From: an uncultured Planctomycetia bacterium
Lineage (GTDB): Bacteria > Omnitrophota > Gorgyraeia > Duberdicusellales > 4484-171
NCBI GenBank assembly: GCA_964489445.1
Contig: CAZAYU010000002.1
Coordinates: forward strand, 141,020 to 205,019
Direction: 5' to 3'
Length of the DNA: 64,000 bases
Of the stretch, positions 29,410 to 39,570 are shown piece by piece. The translations under genes and the position numbers were made by a program. Every line of letters begins with the position of its first letter. The first letter of the stretch is position 1. The notes below the pieces were generated by a model. That model made no database searches and was not told the DNA's origin. It was given only the letters and a program-made list of their open reading frames with translations.

Positions 29410-30900
29410 ATGAAAAAAATAAGTTTCATTCTATTATTGTTTTTGCTTTTTCCTTTCTTTAATGTGTTTGCTGTTTTCCAACCGGTTGCCGGGATTGAAA
29501 GTGCTAACATTAAGAAAGTCGCTGTTTCTAAATTGAATCCACTGTCTATCTCTGTAGTTTCTGATAACTGCTTGTATAAAAGTAAAGACAGCGGAAAAGA
29601 ATTTAAAAAAATAGCGGTATTCAAAGATGAGAAAATTCAACAGATATTTTTTGATTGCTGTTTAGTGGATATTTTATATGTTGTTACCAGCCGGCACCTT
29701 TACAAAGTGACAGGTGAAACGCTAAGCAAGCTGTATTCTGTTTTGCCGGAGCAGGTTATTTATAGCGCTTTGAAACATAAAGGTGAGCTTTACATTGGAA
29801 CTAATTCTGGCCTTTATCATACATTGGCAGATAATTTAATTTGGAATAAAGTAAAAAGTGCTAATGAGCTTTCCATATATTATATTGAAGCAGGTAAAAA
29901 GAATGTTTACTTAGCAACGGATAGAGGCGTTTATGTCTTGAAAGCAAATTGGCGGGCGGAAAGATTGTTTGTAATAAGAAAAACTGACTTAAGTGAACAA
30001 GAAAGACAGGATATTGAATTAGAGGATTTTTCGGAAGGACTAACAGCTAAAGTAATTAAGCAAGATATTTTTGAAGAAGACCGTTTTTGGCTAGGTACAA
30101 ATAATGGGCTATATATTTCTGATAATTCCGGAAATACATGGAGAAAGGTTTATTTAACTTCGCTAATGGATATCTCGGTTAATTGTCTAGAGCAGACTAT
30201 CCTTGAGAGGGAAACATTATACGTGGGTTCAGACAGTGGATTTTTTGTGGTAGACATAGGGAAAGAAACAGCTCGGGAGATTTTTGAAGGACTCTCTGCT
30301 AATGATATCTCCGGGATAGCTTTTACCGATAAAGGGATAATATATTTGGCTTCTTCTGGCGGGCTGTTTAAAAGTGTTTATTTTTCGTATTCTTCTTCGG
30401 GTGATCTAGAAAATATTTTAAAAGGTGAGCCATCGATCCAAGAAGTCCAAAATCGGGTGATGCGCTATAATCAGGTTCATCCAGAAAAGATAAAAAAATG
30501 GCGTGATGCTTTGAAATATCGAGCGCTTTTTCCGGATGTAAGCCTAGATTACGATAAGACAATTTGGGGGTCATACACTGGTGGAGGATCACATTATGTC
30601 GGTCCTCGTGATTGGGGCGTATCATTTTCTTGGGATACCGGAGACTTACTTTGGAATTCTTATGAAGATGACGTGGATACTCGAGCAAGGCTGAATACCC
30701 AGCTTCGATTAGATATACTTGATGAAATTAACCGTATATATTTTGAACGGCTGCGCTTGAAGAAAGAAATTATAGATCGTTCTTTTAACGAAGAAGAATT
30801 ATTCAATAAGCAGTTAAGACTTGAAGAACTAACTGCAGCTCTTGATGGATATACCGGAGGTTTCTTTTCTAAAAGAATTGGGGAATTGAGTGAAGAATAA
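29410..30900 (+). CDS. Secreted beta-propeller protein with BNR/Reg_prop-like repeats
   Basis: It has a signal peptide. Repeats of L(Y/W)(I/V)GTxxGL(Y/F) occur (LYIGTNSGLYH, WLGTNNGLYISDNSGNTW, LYVGSDSGFFV); SDNSGNTW is a BNR Asp-box. Confidence 0.5.
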   Translation: MKKISFILLLFLLFPFFNVFAVFQPVAGIESANIKKVAVSKLNPLSISVVSDNCLYKSKDSGKEFKKIAVFKDEKIQQIFFDCCLVDILYVVTSRHLYKVTGETLSKLYSVLPEQVIYSALKHKGELYIGTNSGLYHTLADNLIWNKVKSANELSIYYIEAGKKNVYLATDRGVYVLKANWRAERLFVIRKTDLSEQERQDIELEDFSEGLTAKVIKQDIFEEDRFWLGTNNGLYISDNSGNTWRKVYLTSLMDISVNCLEQTILERETLYVGSDSGFFVVDIGKETAREIFEGLSANDISGIAFTDKGIIYLASSGGLFKSVYFSYSSSGDLENILKGEPSIQEVQNRVMRYNQVHPEKIKKWRDALKYRALFPDVSLDYDKTIWGSYTGGGSHYVGPRDWGVSFSWDTGDLLWNSYEDDVDTRARLNTQLRLDILDEINRIYFERLRLKKEIIDRSFNEEELFNKQLRLEELTAALDGYTGGFFSKRIGELSEE

Positions 30901-31909
30901 ACCGCTAATATTAATTATGTGTGGAGGCAGGTCTCTGCGGCTTTGGCCGTTATCTTGCTATAAAAGTAAAAACTTTTTTGATGTTTTTGGTTTCTCACCG
31001 TTAGAGTTAACTATTAAACGGTTTTTGAAAATAACTGATGCTTCAAATATCTTTTTGGTTGCCAATGAAAAAGAAAAAAAGTCACTGGAGAAAATAAAAT
31101 TAATTAATAAGCAGAATATTTTTTATGAACCGCAGAGTAAAAATACTGCTGCTGCTATTTTATTGTCGTTATGGAAGTTAAAAAAATTTATTGACCGTGA
31201 TTTAATTATTTCTCCCGTAGACCAATTAATTAAAAAAGAAAAATATTTTTATTCTAGTTTAAAGAATGCTTTAGAGGTATCCCAATCAGGAGGAATATGC
31301 ACTTTGGGTATTAAGCCGGATAAACCTGTTTCCGGGTTTGGGTATATTCAATCTGGCAAAAAAGAATGCAGAAATGTATTTGCTGTTAAAAAATTTATTG
31401 AAAAGCCTAGCATAACAAGGGCTCGCCGGTTTATTAAAAGCGGTGATTATTTTTATAACAGTGGAATGTTTATTGCTTCTGTGGGCACGCTACTTGATGA
31501 ATATCAGAAATATTATTCTGACTATTATTATTTTTTTGATAGAGTCGAAAAAAACAAAATTAATGAGTGCTATCGCAAAATCAAGAATGATCCTTTTGAT
31601 AAGGCAATAATTGAAAAAAGTAAAAGAGTAAAATTAATTAAAGGACGTTTTGTCTGGAAAGATTTTGGAAGTTGGCAGGCAATTCATGAGATCTTGACAA
31701 AGGATAAGTTAGGGAATACAAAGATTGCTAATGGTGTTTTTTGTCAGAGCAGAAGTAATCTTCTTTATCTTGGTAATAAGAGAAAAAAGGTATTAGTAGT
31801 AGGCGCTAATAATTTATCGATTATTGATACTGAAAATTACATGCTGGTTGCTAACAATGATTGTTTAGATGACCTTAAGCTATTTCTAAAAAAAGCTAAA
31901 TTAATATGA
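30890..31909 (+). CDS. Sugar-1-phosphate nucleotidyltransferase, mannose-1-phosphate guanylyltransferase-like (no cupin domain)
   Basis: LILIMCGGRSLRLWPLS parallels the ManC GGxGTRLWPLS motif; KPDKPVSGFGYI and NSGMFI were also seen. Confidence 0.55.
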   Translation: MKNKPLILIMCGGRSLRLWPLSCYKSKNFFDVFGFSPLELTIKRFLKITDASNIFLVANEKEKKSLEKIKLINKQNIFYEPQSKNTAAAILLSLWKLKKFIDRDLIISPVDQLIKKEKYFYSSLKNALEVSQSGGICTLGIKPDKPVSGFGYIQSGKKECRNVFAVKKFIEKPSITRARRFIKSGDYFYNSGMFIASVGTLLDEYQKYYSDYYYFFDRVEKNKINECYRKIKNDPFDKAIIEKSKRVKLIKGRFVWKDFGSWQAIHEILTKDKLGNTKIANGVFCQSRSNLLYLGNKRKKVLVVGANNLSIIDTENYMLVANNDCLDDLKLFLKKAKLI

Positions 31910-32838
31910 GCTATTTTTATGGCCCGGTTCCTTCACGGAGGCTAGGGTTTTCTTTAGGCGTAGATTTAACAAGGAAAAGAGTTTGCTCTTTTGATTGTGT
32001 TTATTGTCAATTAGGAAAAAATAAGAGTAAAACTTTCAGAAGGTTTACGGAGATTAATTTACCAGTCTTTAAAAAAGAATTAGCGAAAGTTGTAAAAGAA
32101 TCTGTAAAGATTGACTACATAACAATTTCTGGGCAAGGTGAACCGACTTTGCATAAAGGCTTAGATGAAATTATTAAAGTAATAAAAAAAATTACTGCTA
32201 ATAAATACCCAGTATGTGTTATCACTAATTCTTCATTTTTGCATCGGAAAAATTTACGCAAAGAGTTAAAACAGGCTGATTTGATAGTTCCTTCTTTAGA
32301 TGCTCCGGATGAAAAAACTTTTTTAATGATAAACCGTCCACACGCAAATATTAGTTATAAAAAAATTATAACCGGACTAATTGATTTAAGGAAAGAGTTC
32401 AGAGGGCAGATTTGGTTGGAAATAATGCTTTTGAAGGGGGTTAATGACAGCATTCAGACAGCAAAAAAATTTAAAACAATTATCAAAAAAATTAATCCAG
32501 ATAAAATACAACTGAATATTCCGGTGCGTCCGGCTTTTGAGAAAGTGTATCTGCCGGATTCAAAACAAATAAGTGCAGTTGCGGATATTATCGGAGGAGG
32601 AGCTGGTGTAGTCTTAAAACCTCAAGTATCAAAGATGGCCAAAGGTTTACGCAAGGATCTAAAAAAGAAAATTATTTCTTTTTTAAGCGTACGCCCGGCA
32701 AGTTTAGTTGATTTGACAAGTGCCTTGGGAGCAAATCCTAACGAAGTAATTAAATATCTGTATATTTTATTGGAAGATAAATCTGTCAAAACAGTTGGTA
32801 GCGGGCAGAGCAAGTATTTTTTAATTAATGATTGCTAA
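31906..32838 (+). CDS. Radical SAM domain protein
   Basis: It has the CSFDCVYC (Cx3Cx2C) cluster motif after GPVPSRRLGFSLGVDL; a GQGEPT glycine-rich SAM motif follows. Confidence 0.6.
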   Translation: MSYFYGPVPSRRLGFSLGVDLTRKRVCSFDCVYCQLGKNKSKTFRRFTEINLPVFKKELAKVVKESVKIDYITISGQGEPTLHKGLDEIIKVIKKITANKYPVCVITNSSFLHRKNLRKELKQADLIVPSLDAPDEKTFLMINRPHANISYKKIITGLIDLRKEFRGQIWLEIMLLKGVNDSIQTAKKFKTIIKKINPDKIQLNIPVRPAFEKVYLPDSKQISAVADIIGGGAGVVLKPQVSKMAKGLRKDLKKKIISFLSVRPASLVDLTSALGANPNEVIKYLYILLEDKSVKTVGSGQSKYFLINDC

Positions 32839-33484
32839 AAATATTGATAATATTCTAAAGAGCATATCGCCGAAAGTTCAAGTTGAAGCAGCGGTAAAGC
32901 AGCAGAGCATTGGGGATGTTCAGAAAGCTATTCTTGCTGGAATTAAAATAATTGGCGATAATTATGTAAAAGAGGCAAAAGAAAAATTTACAATAATTGG
33001 GAAAAAAGTTCAACACCACTTTATTGGGTATCTGCAAAAAAATAAGGTTAAAACGGCAGTTGAGATATTTGATATGATCGAGACAATTGATTCTCTAGGG
33101 TTGGCAGAAATTTTAGATAAACAGTGCAAAAGTTCAAGTAAGATTATGCCTATATTAATTGAAGTAAATTCTGGTCGAGAGGCACAAAAGCATGGGCTTT
33201 TACCGGAGAATGTAGAAGAATTTTTAGAAAAAATAATCGAATTTACTAATTTGAGAGTAATGGGTTTAATGACTATGGGGCCTTGGTTGGATGATCCAGA
33301 GTGTTTGCGCCCGCATTTCAAAAAAACAAAAGAACTGTTTGATAGCATCCGGAAAAAATATTGTGATATTTTAGATTGGCGCTATCTTTCTATGGGGATG
33401 AGCAATTCATATAAAGTAGCGATTGAAGAAGGCGCAAATATTGTGCGAATCGGAGAGGGTATTTTTGGTAAACGGCAAAAGTAG
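32828..33484 (+). CDS. YggS/PLPHP-family pyridoxal-phosphate homeostasis protein
   Basis: The HFIGYLQKNK signature is present, with LIEVNSGRE...HGL and MGLMTMGP; it is 218 aa. Confidence 0.75.
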   Translation: MIAKNIDNILKSISPKVQVEAAVKQQSIGDVQKAILAGIKIIGDNYVKEAKEKFTIIGKKVQHHFIGYLQKNKVKTAVEIFDMIETIDSLGLAEILDKQCKSSSKIMPILIEVNSGREAQKHGLLPENVEEFLEKIIEFTNLRVMGLMTMGPWLDDPECLRPHFKKTKELFDSIRKKYCDILDWRYLSMGMSNSYKVAIEEGANIVRIGEGIFGKRQK

Positions 33485-33500
33485 GTGTTAAATAATATTT

Positions 33501-34391
33501 ATGAAGACTCATCTAGATTGTATTCCTTGTTTTTTTAAGCAAGCTTTGGAAGCATCTAAATTAGCGGGTGCCGGGAAGCATCAGCAAAAAAAGATTTTAG
33601 ACAAAGTATGCCGAGCAGTGCTAAAGTTTTCTTTGAATTTAGCTCCTCCGCACATGGGTAGGAAAATATATAAAATTGTAATTAACGAAACTAAAAATAA
33701 AGATCCATTCTATGCAGTTAAACAAAAGAGCAATAATTTGGCACTCAAACTATATCCGAAACTAAAACGAAAAATAGTTCACTCCCGTGACAGAATATTT
33801 ACAGCGGTAGAGTTAGCAATTGCTGGAAATATTATTGATTTTGGTGTTAAAAATTCGTATAAAGTAGAAGAAGAATTGCAGGAATTTTTAAAGGGTAATT
33901 TTAATGTTCACTCGAAACATTCTCGAGAGGTATTTTCTTATCAGGATTTCAAACGCGATTTAAAAAAGGCGAAGTTAATTCTTTATTTAGGAGATAATGC
34001 CGGAGAGGTTGTTTTTGATAAATTATTAATTGAAGAGATTAAGAGAGCCTGGCCGAATAAAGAAGTTGTTTATGCTGTAAAGAAGAGCCCGATTATTAAT
34101 GATGCTCTAGAGGAAGATGCTTATTTCTGTGGTCTTGATAAATATGCTGAAATTATTTCTAGCGGATCAGATGCTCCGGGAACATTTTTAAGTCTTTGTT
34201 CAGCTAATTTCAAGAAACTATGTAAAAAGGCAGACATGATTATTAGTAAGGGGCAGGGGAATTTTGAAAGTTTATCCGGAGAGAATGTCTCGATATATTT
34301 TTTATTTAAGGCAAAATGTCCTATGGTTGCTAAGGAAGTAGGATGTTGTCTGTCAGATGTAGTATTAAAACACCAACTAAAAGATGGCTGA
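33501..34391 (+). CDS. DUF89 (ARMT1-like) family protein, putative damage-control phosphatase
   Basis: CIPCFFKQAL N-terminal motif, GDNAGEVVFD and KGQGNFE motifs characteristic of DUF89. Confidence 0.6.
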   Translation: MKTHLDCIPCFFKQALEASKLAGAGKHQQKKILDKVCRAVLKFSLNLAPPHMGRKIYKIVINETKNKDPFYAVKQKSNNLALKLYPKLKRKIVHSRDRIFTAVELAIAGNIIDFGVKNSYKVEEELQEFLKGNFNVHSKHSREVFSYQDFKRDLKKAKLILYLGDNAGEVVFDKLLIEEIKRAWPNKEVVYAVKKSPIINDALEEDAYFCGLDKYAEIISSGSDAPGTFLSLCSANFKKLCKKADMIISKGQGNFESLSGENVSIYFLFKAKCPMVAKEVGCCLSDVVLKHQLKDG

Positions 34392-34423
34392 TGGTTAAAG
34401 TCTAATGCAGGAGCAAAAATTAA

Positions 34424-35131
34424 ATGAAGGTTAGGGTAATTTTTGAGAGAGAAAAAATTAACAAGAATTTTTTCTCCGGTTGGGGTAATTCTTATTTGGT
34501 AGGAGAAGAAGTTTTATTTGATACTGGAGAAAAATCAGAGTATATTTTGAATAATCTAAAGATGCTCAACGTTAATATATTGGATGTAAAAACAATAGTT
34601 ATTTCTCATAATCATTGGGACCATAAGGGAGGTCTTTGGCAATTGTTAGAAATTAACCCTAAGATTAAAGTGGTTGGCTGTATGGACTTTTTGAATAACT
34701 GTCAAAATAGAAATGCTTCTTTTTGTTTGCAGCAGGCGATTCCTTCGCAAAAAATAGCGGAAGGCATCTATACTACAGGATGTATTAAAACTGTTTATAA
34801 AGGTAATAATTTAGAGGAACAGGCCTTAGTTGTGCGTGGGGTGGAAGGGGTTTTTGTATTGTGTGGGTGTGCCCATTCCGGGATTTTGCAATTTATTAAC
34901 GAAGCAAAAAAAATTTTTCCCCAAGAAAAAGTTTATGCAATTATTGGAGGGTTCCATCTTATTAATGAAAATATCCGAGTTGTTCGGCATTTAGTCGAAG
35001 AGGTGAAGAAGCAGGGAATTAAAAAAATTGGTCCTGCTCATTGTACCGGGTTTGAGGCAGAGCAAATATTTAAAGAAGCCTACGGTAATGACTTTTTAAA
35101 TGTAAAAGCCGGAGCAGTATTTGAGTTATAA
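34424..35131 (+). CDS. MBL-fold metallo-hydrolase
   Basis: It has the HNHWDHKGG (HxHxDH) motif, with downstream His and Asp ligands. Confidence 0.7.
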   Translation: MKVRVIFEREKINKNFFSGWGNSYLVGEEVLFDTGEKSEYILNNLKMLNVNILDVKTIVISHNHWDHKGGLWQLLEINPKIKVVGCMDFLNNCQNRNASFCLQQAIPSQKIAEGIYTTGCIKTVYKGNNLEEQALVVRGVEGVFVLCGCAHSGILQFINEAKKIFPQEKVYAIIGGFHLINENIRVVRHLVEEVKKQGIKKIGPAHCTGFEAEQIFKEAYGNDFLNVKAGAVFEL

Positions 35132-35204
35132 ATGAGCAATGCAAAAAAGCGGTATCTCAAAAACTAAGATACTCACAAGGAGAGAAGCTTTAGCGTTTTA
35201 AGTC

Positions 35205-35828
35205 ATGTTAAAGATAATATATGCTGAGCTGAAACATCATGCTCCCTTTACTATATTGGGGGCAGTAAGTGGAATAGCTATTATGGCTATTTCCCGAAAA
35301 ATTTCTTCTGAGCTATCGTATAATATTTTTTATGTTCTTCATCCTGCGCATGTTTTTTTAAGCGCGCTTGTTACTGCTTCAATGTATGAGCTTCATAAAA
35401 AAGGTTGTTTTCGGGGTAGATGTAACCTTTGGGTGCTATTATTTATTGGGTATGTTGGTTCAGTAGGAATAGCTACATTAAGTGATTCGTTAATTCCTTA
35501 TTTAGGAGAAGTATTGCTTAATCTTCCTAATCGTGGTCTTCATTTGGGATTTATTGAGAAATGGTGGCTAATCAACCCACTGGCTATTTTAGGGGTTGCT
35601 GTTGCCTACTTTAAGCCGATGACAAAATTTCCTCATGCTGGACATGTGTTGTTAAGTACTTGGGCGTCGTTATTTCATATGATTATGGCTGCTGGTGAAA
35701 GTTTTAATTGGTTTTCTTATTTGGCAGTGTTTGTATTTTTATTTATAGCTGTATGGTTTCCCTGTTGTTTGAGTGACGTAATATTTCCGCTTCTTTTTGT
35801 GAAAGAAAAGAATAGAGGCCATGAATAG
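35205..35828 (+). CDS. Hypothetical polytopic membrane protein with conserved-looking His motifs (HPAH, HAGH)
   Basis: It has six predicted TM helices and no recognised family. Confidence 0.4.
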   Translation: MLKIIYAELKHHAPFTILGAVSGIAIMAISRKISSELSYNIFYVLHPAHVFLSALVTASMYELHKKGCFRGRCNLWVLLFIGYVGSVGIATLSDSLIPYLGEVLLNLPNRGLHLGFIEKWWLINPLAILGVAVAYFKPMTKFPHAGHVLLSTWASLFHMIMAAGESFNWFSYLAVFVFLFIAVWFPCCLSDVIFPLLFVKEKNRGHE

Positions 35829-35852
35829 TTTTAGATATGTGAGGATTACGCA

Positions 35853-37225
35853 ATGATTGATAATTTAATAGTTTTATTATATTTGGCTGGGGTATTGTTT
35901 TTGGGGCTATGGTCTGGCAGAGGGGTTAAAAGCTTAAGAGAATATTCTGTTGCAAGTCGTTCTTATACTACATTTTTTATTTTTGCAACTCTTTCTGCAT
36001 CGTTTATTGGTGGTGGGTTTTCATTGGGAAATGCGGAAAAGGTTTTTGTTTTTGGAATTATAAATATAGTTGCTCTCTGGGGATTTAGCGTGAAAGAAAT
36101 CTTGGTGGCTAAATTTATTGCTCCGCGAATGGATAACTTTCCCGATGTTATTTCTGCTGGAGACATAATGCAACAAGCATACGGAAGACAAAGCAAAGTG
36201 GTTACTGGATTTTTTTCTATAATTTTGTGTGCCGGTATAGTTGGAGCTCAAGTAGGGGCAATGGGATATATATTTAATGTGTTTACCGGAATTCCCCAAA
36301 TTTGGGGTATTACAATCGGGTGTGGAATTGTTATTGCATATTCGACATTAGGTGGAATAAAAGCTGTAGTGGTAACTGATATAGTACAGTTTTTAATATT
36401 AGGTATTGGATTACCGTTGGTTCTTTTTTTGGTATTAAATATGTTGGAGGAGTCAGCATGCTAAAGTCTTCTGTTCCTGCTGGCTATTTTTCACTTTCTT
36501 CGCAACAAATATTTTCTTGGAGTTTCTTATCTTTATTTTTCACCTTTCTCCTGGGAGAGACTTTAGTTCCTCCTTATGTCCAAAGGCTGCTTATTGGAAA
36601 AAACGCAAAATGTACGGCAAGGGGTACTTTGTTTAGCGGATTATTTTCTATTCCTTTCTTTGTGGTTACCGGGTTGATAGGTTTAATTGCTTTATCTTTA
36701 GATAGCAATTTAAATCCTAACCTGGCTATGCCTTACGTTATTAAAACAGTACTTCCTGTGGGTGTAAAAGGATTAGTCATCGCTGGTATGGTTTCAATTG
36801 TCATGTCGTCGGCAGATTCCTTTTTAAATTCTGCGGCGATTAGTTTTATGAATGATTTAGTAATTCCTTTTAAAAGTTCGGTTTTGTCTGAAAAAAATAG
36901 GCTGAAAATGGCTAAAGTTGTTACTTTATTTACGGGTATTTTGGCAGTAGTATTCGCTGTGAAGATAAAGAATGTTTTAGACATTCTTATTTATGCTTAT
37001 AATTTTTGGGCTCCAATTATTATGGTTCCTTTGGCGGCAGCTATTTTAGGGGTAAAAGGTAAGGCGGATAGCTTTTTTATCCCGGCGGTTTTTGGAATAT
37101 TAGGTGTCTTAGTGTGGAATTACTTGCTTAAGAAACCAGGTGGTGTTGACGGTTTGGTGGTGGGGGTATTTTGTAATTTTATTGTTTTTTTATTTTTGTG
37201 TAAAGTAAAAAGGAGGAAGGTATGA
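35853..37225 (+). pseudogene. Sodium:solute symporter (SSF) family transporter interrupted by a frameshift in a T7 homopolymer (36424-36430); two ORFs 35853-36464 and 36458-37225
   Basis: The N-terminal ORF has SSF TM1-TM6 architecture (GGGFSLGNAEK...). The second ORF continues the fold. Inserting one T into the T7 run fuses the frames into a single ~460-aa protein. Confidence 0.6.
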
Positions 37226-37575
37226 AGGCGTCTAAGAGCATTTTATGGTTTATGGGATTATTTTCATGTATACTTTCAGGGTGCGTACAAGTTAGAGATT
37301 ATGTAGGGACAAAAGAAGGTGCTTTTGGCTTGAATGTGCAACAAGGATTTGACAAAGGAGAAGTTAAAAAAGATTATTACCTAACTAAAAGCGGAGAGAG
37401 CTTAAATATTCGGGACACTAAGAATGAAATTATTGGTAAAATTGGTTCTCCGGATACCATAAAAACAACCTTAGCCGGTTATGAACAATGGGTGTATAAA
37501 AACATAAATCTAGAACTATTTTTTGAAAATGATAAATTAAACAGTTTTAACGTTATTAAGAATGGCGGTGAATAG
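37222..37575 (+). CDS. Hypothetical lipoprotein
   Basis: It has a signal peptide with the lipobox ILSGC. Confidence 0.45.
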   Translation: MKASKSILWFMGLFSCILSGCVQVRDYVGTKEGAFGLNVQQGFDKGEVKKDYYLTKSGESLNIRDTKNEIIGKIGSPDTIKTTLAGYEQWVYKNINLELFFENDKLNSFNVIKNGGE

Positions 37576-38167
37576 TACATTGAAGAGAAGAAGCAGGATT
37601 TTTTTCAGAAAATCAGCTGAATATGTAGGAAAGAATATTCTGGGGGATTTAATAGTTGTCAGGCGCAACAAAAAGTTATTAGCTGGAAAGATTGTTGAAA
37701 CCGAAAGCTATTTGGGGATAAAAGATGACGCTTCTCATAGCTTTCAAGGAAAAGTGACCCCCCGCAACAAAATTACCTATGGAGATGGTGGATTTATCTA
37801 TGTTTATCTTATCTATGGAAAATATTGGTGCTTCAATATTGTTGTTTCAAAAGAAAATGATCCGCAAACAGTATTTATTCGAGCAATTGAGCCTTTAGAG
37901 GGAATTAATGTTATGAGAAAAAGAAGAGGAACCGATGATATCCATAAACTAACCAATGGTCCTTGTCGGTGGACGCAAAGCTTTGGTATTGACCGTTCTT
38001 TTTTCGGAAAAGATATCACTTTAAATACAATCCTTATTGTCCCTCAAAAGCATAAGAATTTCGAGATTGTTCAGACCAAAAGAGTAGGCGTAGATTACGC
38101 ACGTAATGCTAAAAATTGGCCATTGCGTTTTTATGTAAAGGATAGTCTTTTTATTTCTAAACGGTAG
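37562..38167 (+). CDS. mpg: DNA-3-methyladenine glycosylase (Mpg/AAG family)
   Basis: ETESYLG, GDGGFIYVYLIYGKYWCFNIV and FIRAIEPLEG are characteristic of this family. Confidence 0.75.
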   Translation: MAVNSTLKRRSRIFFRKSAEYVGKNILGDLIVVRRNKKLLAGKIVETESYLGIKDDASHSFQGKVTPRNKITYGDGGFIYVYLIYGKYWCFNIVVSKENDPQTVFIRAIEPLEGINVMRKRRGTDDIHKLTNGPCRWTQSFGIDRSFFGKDITLNTILIVPQKHKNFEIVQTKRVGVDYARNAKNWPLRFYVKDSLFISKR

Positions 38168-39446
38168 TATTTTGCGGTTGGAATTGTTTATTTAATTTGC
38201 GCGCGTAGTTTTTTATTTCCCAAAATGATTTTATTTCTTTGTTTTCAAATAATCCAAAAGTAGAATTGTTGTGAAGAATCGGGTCTTTCAACTTGTGTTT
38301 ATATTCTTGAAATATTTTTGTTCCGGGAACAGGAGAAAATTCCGCCAAGGACACCTTTGCTCCTTGATGGTTAAGGAAGTGTAAATGTTGTTTTAGCTTT
38401 TGTAAATCTTGCTTTGGGTGGCCCAATAATAAGTATACGCTAAACTCTCCTTTATTAAATCCTCCTTGGCGTAAATATTTTATTCCGTTTATTAGATCAT
38501 CTCTATTTACCTTGTCTCCCCAGAGTGCTTGGAGGCTGGAATCCATTGTTTCTAGCCCGAAATGCGGGTTAATAAAGCCCGCAGATTTAAGCAAGGAAGC
38601 TATTTCTTGGTCTAAAAATCTTAAGTGAAGGGCGTTAGGAGTGTGAAAATTAATATTAAGTTTTAGGGAAACTATTTTTAACAGTAATTCTTTTGCATAT
38701 TCTGGTTGGTAAAGGAATGCATCATCGTATAAAATAAAGTTTTTTATTCCTTTTTTGGCATATCCGGCAATAAATTTTACGACGACATCAACAGGTATTC
38801 GGAAAAAACAATTGGATAATTGCTTAATTGCGCAAAAGCTACAGCTAAATGGACATCCCCAGGAAGTTCTTAAGACAATATATTCGTTTTGTTTGTAAAA
38901 ATGTTCGTAGTTTGGCAGTGTCGAATAGAGATCTTTAAAGCTGATTTTTATTTCTAACAACTTAGACAATTCCTTCAAGTAATTTTTTCCAAATACAAAA
39001 TCGCATCCGCTTGTTTTTTTAGCATGATTTAAACATAACGTTGCGTAAGTTCCACCGAGCACTAGTGGGGTAGAGGGAAATTTGGCTTTTAATATCTTTA
39101 CTGCTTCAACTATGCCTGGATACCAGTAGGTCATTGAAGAAGTTATCAGGATATAGTCAGGTTTCTTCCCCTCTAAGCGTTTTTTGAATTCGATAGGGGT
39201 GATTCCATAACGCTTAAAATGGCGCGGAATTTTTTGGTGTAATTCTGGTTTTTTAATTATTTGGGAGTAGTATTTTCCTCTGCCAAATGTAGTATTTGAT
39301 ATTTTTTTATCTAGGCAATCCAGGTAGTCAACTTTTATTCCTCGATCTATTAATAGAGTTAGAATTGCTAAAAAGCCATAGGGTTTAAGCCAAAAATCAT
39401 ATGCGGCATAGTCGGTTATCCAGGGGTTTATTGCTAAGATATGCAT
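38157..39446 (-). CDS. B12-binding-domain radical SAM protein
   Basis: The N-terminal region is cobalamin-binding-like (ILAINPW...YGFLAIL). The CPFSCSFC radical SAM cluster motif is present. It is 429 aa and is the only minus-strand gene in this stretch. Confidence 0.65.
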   Translation of the reverse strand: MHILAINPWITDYAAYDFWLKPYGFLAILTLLIDRGIKVDYLDCLDKKISNTTFGRGKYYSQIIKKPELHQKIPRHFKRYGITPIEFKKRLEGKKPDYILITSSMTYWYPGIVEAVKILKAKFPSTPLVLGGTYATLCLNHAKKTSGCDFVFGKNYLKELSKLLEIKISFKDLYSTLPNYEHFYKQNEYIVLRTSWGCPFSCSFCAIKQLSNCFFRIPVDVVVKFIAGYAKKGIKNFILYDDAFLYQPEYAKELLLKIVSLKLNINFHTPNALHLRFLDQEIASLLKSAGFINPHFGLETMDSSLQALWGDKVNRDDLINGIKYLRQGGFNKGEFSVYLLLGHPKQDLQKLKQHLHFLNHQGAKVSLAEFSPVPGTKIFQEYKHKLKDPILHNNSTFGLFENKEIKSFWEIKNYARKLNKQFQPQNTTV

Positions 39447-39570
39447 AAAATTATTATAGCAAATGTGTTATAATAAAACAGCTAAATTAGCTAATAGTGT
39501 TAAATTAATAGGTAATGGTAAAGTATGGATATTTGTCATTTAACAAGATAGATAAGGAATTAGCAATATT

